From: Okeania sp.
GTDB taxonomy: Bacteria > Cyanobacteriota > Cyanobacteriia > Cyanobacteriales > Microcoleaceae
Length of the DNA stretch: 20,520 nucleotides
Direction of reading: 5' to 3'
NCBI RefSeq assembly: GCF_035285525.1
Contig: NZ_JAYKGW010000046.1
Location: 1-20,520, forward strand
In this document: piece by piece, positions 6,694-14,239 of the stretch
Numbering within the stretch: the first letter of the stretch is position 1
Layout: each line of letters starts with the position of its first letter
Notes under the pieces: model-generated
Told to the model about the DNA's origin: nothing
The model's database searches: none
The model's input: only the letters and a program-made list of their open reading frames with translations
Translations under genes and position numbers: made by a program

Positions 6694-9600
6694 TCATTCT
6701 GCCTCAAGTATTGTAGTAATAACTTTTTTCAACTTATTTATGTTCGTTTCCCAGCCATTAGCTGTTTTTTTACCTAATAGCAAGTACAAACTGTATTCAC
6801 TCCAAGCACACATCCTATAATTGTATGTACACGGAGAAGTACCCGGAGGCATTATTACGACAATAGTTGTATTTGGATGACACATAACCGAGTTGAGAAT
6901 ACCTGCACCGTGGGGGCTAACTACAAAAGAAGCATAATTCATTAGCATGGCTTTTTCTTCAAAACTCAACCTTTCGGCATAAACAATCGAAAATCCTAAG
7001 CTCGCCATCAACTCCTCTACTTCTGCTTCATTAGTCATTGCTCTGTTAGTGGAATGTTTTCTTGAAATATACACATAACGAGCGCGATATTCTGAGGGTA
7101 TATCGGAACGCTTTGCTACGATTGACTCTCTCAATTTTCTGTAAATATCAATTATCTCTGCATTGTGTTGATAGCAGCTAATTATGAAATATTTAAACTT
7201 CTGCTCTTGTTTCACCAAAATTCTCTCTCTTGGTATGTTCAAAGCATTAAAGATTTCCCAGTGGCTATCCATAATGTGGGGAACAAATATTTTACACGAT
7301 AAATTCAGTTTTTGATACAGAATCAAACTAGGAATTTGGTCGAACAGTAAATGACCGTAGTTCTGGTATGCACCCCAAATTCCCCAAACATTAGGTATGC
7401 CGAAAACTACTTCATCCTCGTAATAACTATCTAGTTTTTTTTGACTTATAGCAATTTCCTCAAAAAAGCCTCTAGAATCGAAAACTTTCATACTGTCTTT
7501 AGAACAAGCCTTGCTATAAATAATGTTTTGTTCAGAGTTTTCAGCCTTCTCACTGTCTAGTTCATGAATAAACTCTTGAGATACTAAACTGCAATAGTAA
7601 AACCAAGGTAGAATATATCCCTCAGAAATACCATAAGGAGGCTCGCAAATAAAATCCTTAAATATCTCTATAGTTTGCCTGCTTCTCAGCTTAAGCCAAC
7701 TTGCCAATTTCCCAACTTTAGCTGGAAAATACTCCTTTTCTTCATCCATTAACCCGGGTAAATATTTTACTGTAGCTTCTGTCTGAAATTTAGGCATCCA
7801 TTCGTCAGCACCTATTACATAGCGTGCTGACGATGATAAGCCCTCAAAACGCAACTCATTAATTAATGACAGTGGAATTTCTGTGCGAAGCAGCTTAACC
7901 TTTCTCCACTCGCTGCTATTTAATCTCTGGGATTCTTTTTCCAGGAGTTGAATAGCCATATTGAAGTGTTTTAAGACTAACAAATCCTGCTCTTTACAAT
8001 CCTCTTGAGTAGCAATAACTTGCGAAAACAATTCTTTTAATATCTTTAACTTCGGCAGCAACGAAGAAGCATCTTTAGCTACGGGTGCAGGATAATTCCT
8101 TCGATATAATAATATATTATCTGTTAACTGAGCTAAAGAAACAACATCCTTAGCACTATTCGGTTGTTTTGTAACCAGTCGGTCAAGTAACAAACCTAAT
8201 TCCTGAATAGAAGTTAAACCTGTCCCCAGTAGTTTAACCTCTGGATATAAACCCCGCTGCTGATGGAAACTTAAAATTTGCTCGTACTTCGCCTCAGCTT
8301 CAGTTTCGCGACCTAAATATTTTAATTCCGTTGCCGCCAGTATATAGGCATCAATAGCTTTTTGAGGATCGTAAGACTCGCTCGCTCGCTCAAACCTCTC
8401 CAAAGCTAACTCTCTATTTCCTTGTTGGCTTGCTAAAATTCCCCCTTGGAGCAAAACCGTTAAATTATTAGGATTTCTCTGCAAAGCCTCTCGGTATTTT
8501 GCCTCAGCCTCAACAAAACGCCCCATGGCCATCAATTCTTTAGCAGCCTCACAGTAGGCCGGAATATGCCCAGGGAACTTTTCCATAATTTGTTCAAACC
8601 TTTGCCAAGCAAATTTCCGATTTCCCAAATGCCTCGCTAGAGTAGCACTTTTGGACAATCCTTCATGGCGATGGGGATATTTAGCAATAACTTTTTTCCA
8701 CCAAGTTTCTGCTTCTTCATAACGAGACAGAATAGCTAGTGCATCCCCTTTTGGCAAATAAAAATTAAAATAGTTGGGAAACTTTTCTAAAGCATTTTCC
8801 CACCGTTGTAATGCCAACTCCCAATCTGGCAAGCTCTGAGCTACTCTAGCATAACCCTCATAACCATGATGCTGATTTGGATACTTTTCTATTAACTGTT
8901 GAAAAACCCCCTCTGCTTCTTTAAACCGAGATAAATTGATTAAAGCATTGCCTTTTCCAATTTGAAACCAGATATATTCGGGAAACTTAGCAATACCATC
9001 TGACCACCGCTTTAATGCCAACTCCCAATCAGCTAAATGATGACTTACCTTAGCATAACCCTCATAACCATGATGCTGATTTGGATACTTTTCTATTAAC
9101 TGTTGAAAAAACGCCTCTGCTTCTTTAAACCGAGATAAATTGATTAAAGCACTGCCTTTTTGGTGCTGAAAACTGATATATTGGGGAAACTTAATTGCTG
9201 CCTCCGACCACCGTATTAATGCCAATTCCCAATTACCTAAACTATGACTTACCTTGGCATAACCTTCATAACCATGAGGTTGATTTGGATACTTTTCTAT
9301 TAACTGTTGAAAAACCACTTCTGCTTCTTTAAATCTGCTTAAAGTAATTAAATTATTGCCACAATTACGATAAATAGACATCGGTTGTTGAGGGTTGAGA
9401 AATAATGCTTGTTGGTAAAACTCAACAGCTTCTTTTATCTTTCCTTCCTTATTTAACTTATCCCCATTATCCACAAAATTTTTAGCAATATCTGTTTGCA
9501 ACCAAGAGATTTTTTGAGTTGCCTTGAAGTGATTTGGATTAAGAGAAAGCACTTTTTGCCAAGTTGTTAATTCCTGCGCAAAATCCGATTTGGCTTCATA

Positions 9601-9942
9601 AACTAAAGCTAATGTTTGATAATAAATTGCCAAATTTGGTTCGAGAGAAATAGCTTTTTTTGAGGAATTAATTGCCCGATCTAATTCTCCTTGTTTGATT
9701 AATGCTTCGGCTAAACTATTATACAAGTTGGCAGAATTAGGATTAAGTTTAATAGCCTGTTGATATTGGGCTACGGCATCAGACCATTTTTGTTGTTGGA
9801 CAAACACTTGCCCCAAATAATAGTAATTCCAGGCAAAATTAGGTTTTTGATCTATGAGTTTCTGATATTCTTGGCACGCATCATCCAATCTACCCGCTTT
9901 TAATAGTTGATTAGCAGTTTTGAGAGAACTGGTATAAGCCAT
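6694..9942 (-). CDS. TPR-repeat protein fused to a C-terminal GT61/DUF563-type glycosyltransferase
   Basis: About 560 aa of TPR units at the N-terminus include three near-identical 68-aa double-TPR modules. The C-terminal ~300 aa carry YQNYGHLLFDQIPSL, RYVYISRK, NEAEVEEL and VVSPHGAGILNSV. These correspond to the NYxHW, YxSR and HGAG(L)xN motifs of DUF563/GT61. I saw no hydrophobic membrane-span-like run. Confidence 0.75.
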   Translation of the reverse strand: MAYTSSLKTANQLLKAGRLDDACQEYQKLIDQKPNFAWNYYYLGQVFVQQQKWSDAVAQYQQAIKLNPNSANLYNSLAEALIKQGELDRAINSSKKAISLEPNLAIYYQTLALVYEAKSDFAQELTTWQKVLSLNPNHFKATQKISWLQTDIAKNFVDNGDKLNKEGKIKEAVEFYQQALFLNPQQPMSIYRNCGNNLITLSRFKEAEVVFQQLIEKYPNQPHGYEGYAKVSHSLGNWELALIRWSEAAIKFPQYISFQHQKGSALINLSRFKEAEAFFQQLIEKYPNQHHGYEGYAKVSHHLADWELALKRWSDGIAKFPEYIWFQIGKGNALINLSRFKEAEGVFQQLIEKYPNQHHGYEGYARVAQSLPDWELALQRWENALEKFPNYFNFYLPKGDALAILSRYEEAETWWKKVIAKYPHRHEGLSKSATLARHLGNRKFAWQRFEQIMEKFPGHIPAYCEAAKELMAMGRFVEAEAKYREALQRNPNNLTVLLQGGILASQQGNRELALERFERASESYDPQKAIDAYILAATELKYLGRETEAEAKYEQILSFHQQRGLYPEVKLLGTGLTSIQELGLLLDRLVTKQPNSAKDVVSLAQLTDNILLYRRNYPAPVAKDASSLLPKLKILKELFSQVIATQEDCKEQDLLVLKHFNMAIQLLEKESQRLNSSEWRKVKLLRTEIPLSLINELRFEGLSSSARYVIGADEWMPKFQTEATVKYLPGLMDEEKEYFPAKVGKLASWLKLRSRQTIEIFKDFICEPPYGISEGYILPWFYYCSLVSQEFIHELDSEKAENSEQNIIYSKACSKDSMKVFDSRGFFEEIAISQKKLDSYYEDEVVFGIPNVWGIWGAYQNYGHLLFDQIPSLILYQKLNLSCKIFVPHIMDSHWEIFNALNIPRERILVKQEQKFKYFIISCYQHNAEIIDIYRKLRESIVAKRSDIPSEYRARYVYISRKHSTNRAMTNEAEVEELMASLGFSIVYAERLSFEEKAMLMNYASFVVSPHGAGILNSVMCHPNTTIVVIMPPGTSPCTYNYRMCAWSEYSLYLLLGKKTANGWETNINKLKKVITTILEAE
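8725..9336 (-). repeat. Three tandem 204-bp near-identical repeats inside the CDS (each is two TPRs, RFKEAE..FQQLIEKYPNQ.HGYEGYAKVSH...ALINLS)
   Basis: The string ATAACC(C/T)TCATAACCATGA recurs at 8851, 9055 and 9259, exactly 204 nt apart. The protein units start at aa 203, 271 and 339. Confidence 0.9.
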
Positions 9943-10097
9943 GAATTTTTTAGAAGTTTGAGTGTAATATTATGTTAGGATAATCACTTATAAGTATACT
10001 TTTTATTTGTAGTCGGGCTAAATCCCTAATTTTAGATAAGTTTTCAGCCTTAATACGAGCTTCAATTATAATAAGTATTTAACCAAATATGATATAA

Positions 10098-10259
10098 CTT
10101 TGCAAGTTATTGTTTTTAGTCTACCAGATTTTGATTTTATACTATGTGAACAATCCAGAATTAACTTTGAAAAAAGTGTTTGAATTTTTAGGCAAGGAAT
10201 ATAATCAGAAAGTTATAGAATTTTATTGGATAGAAAACGCTGGTATAGTATATTCCTAA
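10098..10259 (+). pseudogene. Relic of a sulfotransferase C-terminus
   Basis: The frame reads ..ILILYYVNNPELTLKKVFEFLGKEYNQKVIEFYW..*. This resembles the conserved (V/L)RYEDLVxxPExTLxKVCEFLGxxF...M tail of Sulfotransfer-family enzymes. Only about 50 codons remain, with no start codon, and the relic is on the strand opposite its neighbours. Confidence 0.4.
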
Positions 10260-10283
10260 AACACCTAATCTTTGCATATGCTA

Positions 10284-11243
10284 TCATACAAGTAGCAGAT
10301 TTTCTATTAGCTGACTCAAATCATTTGTATCAACTTGAATGTTACGGCTGTTTGAATTTCTTTCATCCCTCTCGCTAAAATTTCCTACTAAAAATCTGTA
10401 CTCACACCCAACGTGTTTTGCTATTTGGTAAAATAAGCTGCTTATATAACAGGGAGCAAAAATTTCTAAGACCTTTGTTTTCGGATTACAAAAAGCCAGG
10501 TTAGTCAGTCCAGCACCATGGGGTGCAAGGACAAAAGAAGCATTCGGCATTAACTTTACCTGGGAATCAAAGGCTATTTTTTCAAATTCATACGTTATAA
10601 AACCATATTTTTTGAGAATTAATTCAACCTCAGCAGCATTTTCAATTGCTCTCAATCCCCTACTTTTCCTACTTATATAAATACGTTTCTCTTCTTCACT
10701 ATTTTTTTCAATTTTAGCAAGAAAAGAATTACGAAGAAATTCAACCATCCATTGACTGACTTGATGATTTCCCGTTCTTCTTTCCGAAGGGATGCTCAGT
10801 CGCTCGGCTGAAAGCATCATTCCAGGTTCGGCTATAAGCACTTGGGCTTCATTAATGCCAAGAGCAGAAATAACTTTTTGTCCATACTTGGAATTAATCT
10901 TAGGAAAAATTATATAGTCTAATTCTTCTAAGTTTCCAAGTGCTTTGATTCGCGAAACACAATCAATCATCCAATGAAAATAGTTGTTAGTACCTGCAAG
11001 TTGAGATGCTAATACACCTACCGAACCTGATATATGATTCTGAGCTTGAGTAGAAGACTCATCAATCCAAAAATTACAGTCGTCTTCAAATGATATAGAA
11101 CAGCATTCATAAGTATCACAGTAGTGAAAAGGTTCATTCTTGTAATATCCCAGAATTGAGATAGTATTGTCAATATCCTGACTGATGCCGATGGGAGACT
11201 CGTATCCCCAGGAATAGGCATCCGATACAATTTTTCTCTTCAT
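10284..11243 (-). CDS. GT61/DUF563-type glycosyltransferase (stand-alone)
   Basis: NNYFHWMIDCVSRI, RIYISRKSRGLRAIENAAEVE and VLAPHGAGLTNLAFCNPKTKVLEI are the family motifs. It is a paralogue of the C-terminal domain of the 6694-9942 product. Confidence 0.8.
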   Translation of the reverse strand: MKRKIVSDAYSWGYESPIGISQDIDNTISILGYYKNEPFHYCDTYECCSISFEDDCNFWIDESSTQAQNHISGSVGVLASQLAGTNNYFHWMIDCVSRIKALGNLEELDYIIFPKINSKYGQKVISALGINEAQVLIAEPGMMLSAERLSIPSERRTGNHQVSQWMVEFLRNSFLAKIEKNSEEEKRIYISRKSRGLRAIENAAEVELILKKYGFITYEFEKIAFDSQVKLMPNASFVLAPHGAGLTNLAFCNPKTKVLEIFAPCYISSLFYQIAKHVGCEYRFLVGNFSERDERNSNSRNIQVDTNDLSQLIENLLLV

Positions 11244-11336
11244 TTTATATTGATACCTTAATTAATTTCAAATGTTTAGTTCTTAGTTGCCTGCAACATA
11301 TAGCTCTATAAATTCATACATCAGTTTTGTCCACAA

Positions 11337-14219
11337 TTATTTAGAAAAGCCAGACATTTTTGCATAAAGAACCTGATAACCAAATAGTTCAACAACCTTA
11401 AACGTTGTTGCTAAGGGAGATATATCTGCCAAAACATAATTAAAAAATGTTTGGTAGTATTCTTGGCGGCATAAGTAAAGTTTATTATTTCCATAGCAGA
11501 AAGGTGCCAAACCCTGACTAGAATTAGAGCCAAAATAAGTAACTACACCCTCCATTACTCCAGGCCAGCGTAGATTAACAAAATCATCGACAATAATAAT
11601 ACCACCATCTGATAGAGTTTCTTGAGCAAGGGCCAAGTCGTTCAGAACATGGTTGACTGTGTTACCACCATCTACACTAAACAATCGTGCATATTTTCCT
11701 TCTGATAAAGTCAAAATTTCACCAGGGGTAAGCAACAGAGAATCAGAACTTAAGATTCTCAACTGCTTTTCGTTGTCTATCCATTGGTTAAAGTTTTTGG
11801 TAAATTGAAGGCTATCTCCTTTACCAGAATTATCAATATTGGCACTTTGATTTTCAAAACAATCAATAGCAATTAAAGGACTTTCAGAATCTACCATCAT
11901 TGCTAAAGCTATAAATAGCCTACCATGATGAACGCCAATTTCACAAACGCTACCAGATAAACTATGAACATTTTGAAAATGAGCCAACATACTTATGGTT
12001 AATAAAGCCCCATCCTCGACCCATCCAGGTACTTTCTTATGTCCGTCCTCGACAACATAAGACTCGTAGGATTTATGGGGCATAGAAGAAATAGCATATT
12101 TTGGGGAAGAATCTGGTATGCTATCAGACTGAATACCAAAATTTTTTGATATATCTTTGGGAGATGAACCTCTAAGTGGTACTGAATTATAATCGATTTC
12201 TTCTAGTCCTAAAGAGTCAAAATCATCTCTCTTTAAAACCAGAGAAAGAAATTCAGCAGTGCGTAAACCTTCTTTCTCCAAACTATAATTTTCAACCGTA
12301 CTTTTTGCATTAGCAAGATGGGTTTGAAAAGAATCAGGTTTAGTTATAAAGCTTTCTAAAGCTTCCACAATTTCTTGTTGATTCAAAGGATTGATAAGCA
12401 AGCAATTATAGTTATGCTTGGCATATTGGGTAATGCCACCTTCCCGCGTCAGAACCGGGAAAACTCCACAGGCCATTGCCTCTAAACCAGGTCTGCCAAA
12501 CCCTTGAAAAGTTGAGCAGTCTAGCAAAATGCTTGACTCATTTAGGGCGCGAGCAACATCTTCCATTCGGGTTAAAAGACCATAATCTTTACAAGGAAAC
12601 GGCAACTTTGTCATATCATAGCCAAAACCATAGAGCGCTAAAATTACATGAGGGTAACGACGATGGATTTCAGCATAGACAGAGATGACCATTTCAAAAT
12701 TACGTCTTTCTGACTGTGGGCGACCCAGGGCAATTATCTGTAGTTTGCGTTCAGTATTAGTGTTGTGGAAATAGTCCAGATTCAGACCTAGAGGGATACG
12801 GTGAACTTTGCCCGGGAACTCCTCCATTTTACACTTTAGCCATCTCGTTTTGACAATTTTATCTGGGATCATATAATAGGTTTGTTCTGCCGCTTTTTGC
12901 AGGTTTTTGTAGTTATCGTTATAAAAGTCAGGTTCATAATCCTGGACGAAATAGCAAAGGCGCAGATTGGCTCGTTTTTTCTGGAGAAGATAAGCAGGAT
13001 AAACCGTACTCCAGTGAGTCGCAACTATCAGGTCACAGTCTGGAAACTCAGCTACCATTTCTTCCATGCTAGAAAATCTAAAAGGATTAAAAAACATAGG
13101 AAATAGTTGTAGTACCTGCTCATCAACTTCCCCATAAGTAGCAATATTAGCATCAAAACCATTAATAATAAGTTGGTTGACAATCTGCAAAACAGATATA
13201 ATGCCACCATACACTTTGAGTGCTGGCAGAATATATAATATTCTTGGGCTGTCATTATTTACTAATGCTTGCCCTTTTGGAGTAATGGGTAGCGGTAGTT
13301 GCTCCGATAGCTTTAGGGCTTCAATTTCTGCACCGACTGACCTCTTGTCAATAGGGTACTTACACGCCTGGGAACTAGCATCCTTAAAGGCCGAATTTCG
13401 GCACAGTAGGTCAGGATACTTTTTTTTGTCCTCAATAACTGCACGTTCCATATAGCTGATTGGATTATGTGAACGCCATTGTTTTTGATAAGCTTCGTAA
13501 TCTTTAGACCACCGTTCCATAAATATCCCTTTGTTGTGCTTCATATTAAAATCGCGACCTGATTCCAAAAAGCTACCCCATCCATGGTGATAAACAAACA
13601 AGGTTTCATCGACAACAACTCGAAGATTACGACTAAGAACTTTCATGCAAAAATCTGCTTCTTCCCAATAACCACGACCATATACTGGGTCAAATCCACC
13701 CAAATCCTGGAATATTTCACGACGCACAGCGAAAAAGAACCCGGAGGCATTGTTTATGTCAGAAAGTCTGTTTTGAGATATCTGCTCTAGCTGTTTTTGT
13801 AGTGAGTGTATATTATGACCAGGAGGAATAGTCCAGCATATTCGAGTCCAGTTTGCCCAATTTGATACAGCCGTTAATACCCCGATTGTAGGATCGGTAT
13901 CAAAGGCATCCGCAACTTTTTCTAAAAATCTTTCAGGAACACAAGCATCAGAGTTAACAAAGACAATATAAGGATTTGTCCCTGTCATGCCACCACGATT
14001 AGCAGAATATAAGTAACCTTTATTATTTTCGTTTACCAGCAATTTTACCTTTGGGCTATTTTTGTTGGCAACTAACTCAAGCTGAGTTCTTACATAGTTA
14101 TTACAGCCGTCATCAACAATATAAAGTTGATAGGGAAGACTTCCAGACTTAAGTATACTATTCAAGCAACTCCGAGCATGGTGGATGGCCTGATAAACAG
14201 GTACTACAATATCGAACAT
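11337..14219 (-). CDS. Trifunctional GT2 - GT4 - class I SAM methyltransferase fusion protein
   Basis: Residues 1-260 have FDIVVPVY..YIVDDGCNN..NKGY..FVNSDA..EEADFC (GT-A, GT2). Residues ~325-660 have PRILYILPALKVYGGIISV...FQGFGRPGLEAMACGVFPVLTREGG (GT-B, GT4). Residues ~735-960 have VPGWV..GSVCEIGVHHGR...FSVDGGNT...LSDGGIIIVDDF (Methyltransf_24-like). The start lies 20 nt downstream of the preceding gene's stop. Confidence 0.75.
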   Translation of the reverse strand: MFDIVVPVYQAIHHARSCLNSILKSGSLPYQLYIVDDGCNNYVRTQLELVANKNSPKVKLLVNENNKGYLYSANRGGMTGTNPYIVFVNSDACVPERFLEKVADAFDTDPTIGVLTAVSNWANWTRICWTIPPGHNIHSLQKQLEQISQNRLSDINNASGFFFAVRREIFQDLGGFDPVYGRGYWEEADFCMKVLSRNLRVVVDETLFVYHHGWGSFLESGRDFNMKHNKGIFMERWSKDYEAYQKQWRSHNPISYMERAVIEDKKKYPDLLCRNSAFKDASSQACKYPIDKRSVGAEIEALKLSEQLPLPITPKGQALVNNDSPRILYILPALKVYGGIISVLQIVNQLIINGFDANIATYGEVDEQVLQLFPMFFNPFRFSSMEEMVAEFPDCDLIVATHWSTVYPAYLLQKKRANLRLCYFVQDYEPDFYNDNYKNLQKAAEQTYYMIPDKIVKTRWLKCKMEEFPGKVHRIPLGLNLDYFHNTNTERKLQIIALGRPQSERRNFEMVISVYAEIHRRYPHVILALYGFGYDMTKLPFPCKDYGLLTRMEDVARALNESSILLDCSTFQGFGRPGLEAMACGVFPVLTREGGITQYAKHNYNCLLINPLNQQEIVEALESFITKPDSFQTHLANAKSTVENYSLEKEGLRTAEFLSLVLKRDDFDSLGLEEIDYNSVPLRGSSPKDISKNFGIQSDSIPDSSPKYAISSMPHKSYESYVVEDGHKKVPGWVEDGALLTISMLAHFQNVHSLSGSVCEIGVHHGRLFIALAMMVDSESPLIAIDCFENQSANIDNSGKGDSLQFTKNFNQWIDNEKQLRILSSDSLLLTPGEILTLSEGKYARLFSVDGGNTVNHVLNDLALAQETLSDGGIIIVDDFVNLRWPGVMEGVVTYFGSNSSQGLAPFCYGNNKLYLCRQEYYQTFFNYVLADISPLATTFKVVELFGYQVLYAKMSGFSK

Positions 14220-14239
14220 AATTATTTTTGTGGTTGTTT

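Noticed and set aside
6486-6707. Minus-strand 73-aa ORF in the convergent intergenic region
   Set aside because: It spans the terminator hairpin and the 28-bp palindrome (VGTLHATSLL is the palindrome's translation). It is not credible as a gene.
6694-9942. TPR-glycosyltransferase as a GT41 OGT homologue
   Set aside because: The catalytic domain carries DUF563/GT61 motifs (NYxH, YxSRK, PHGAG.LN), not the two-lobed GT41 signature. Only the architectural analogy is kept.
11018-13790. Nested ORFs within the GT61 and GT2-GT4-MT genes (11018-11230, 12476-12688, 12882-13106, 13052-13255, 13177-13455, 13584-13790)
   Set aside because: They lie antisense or out of frame inside large, motif-rich CDSs and have low-complexity translations.
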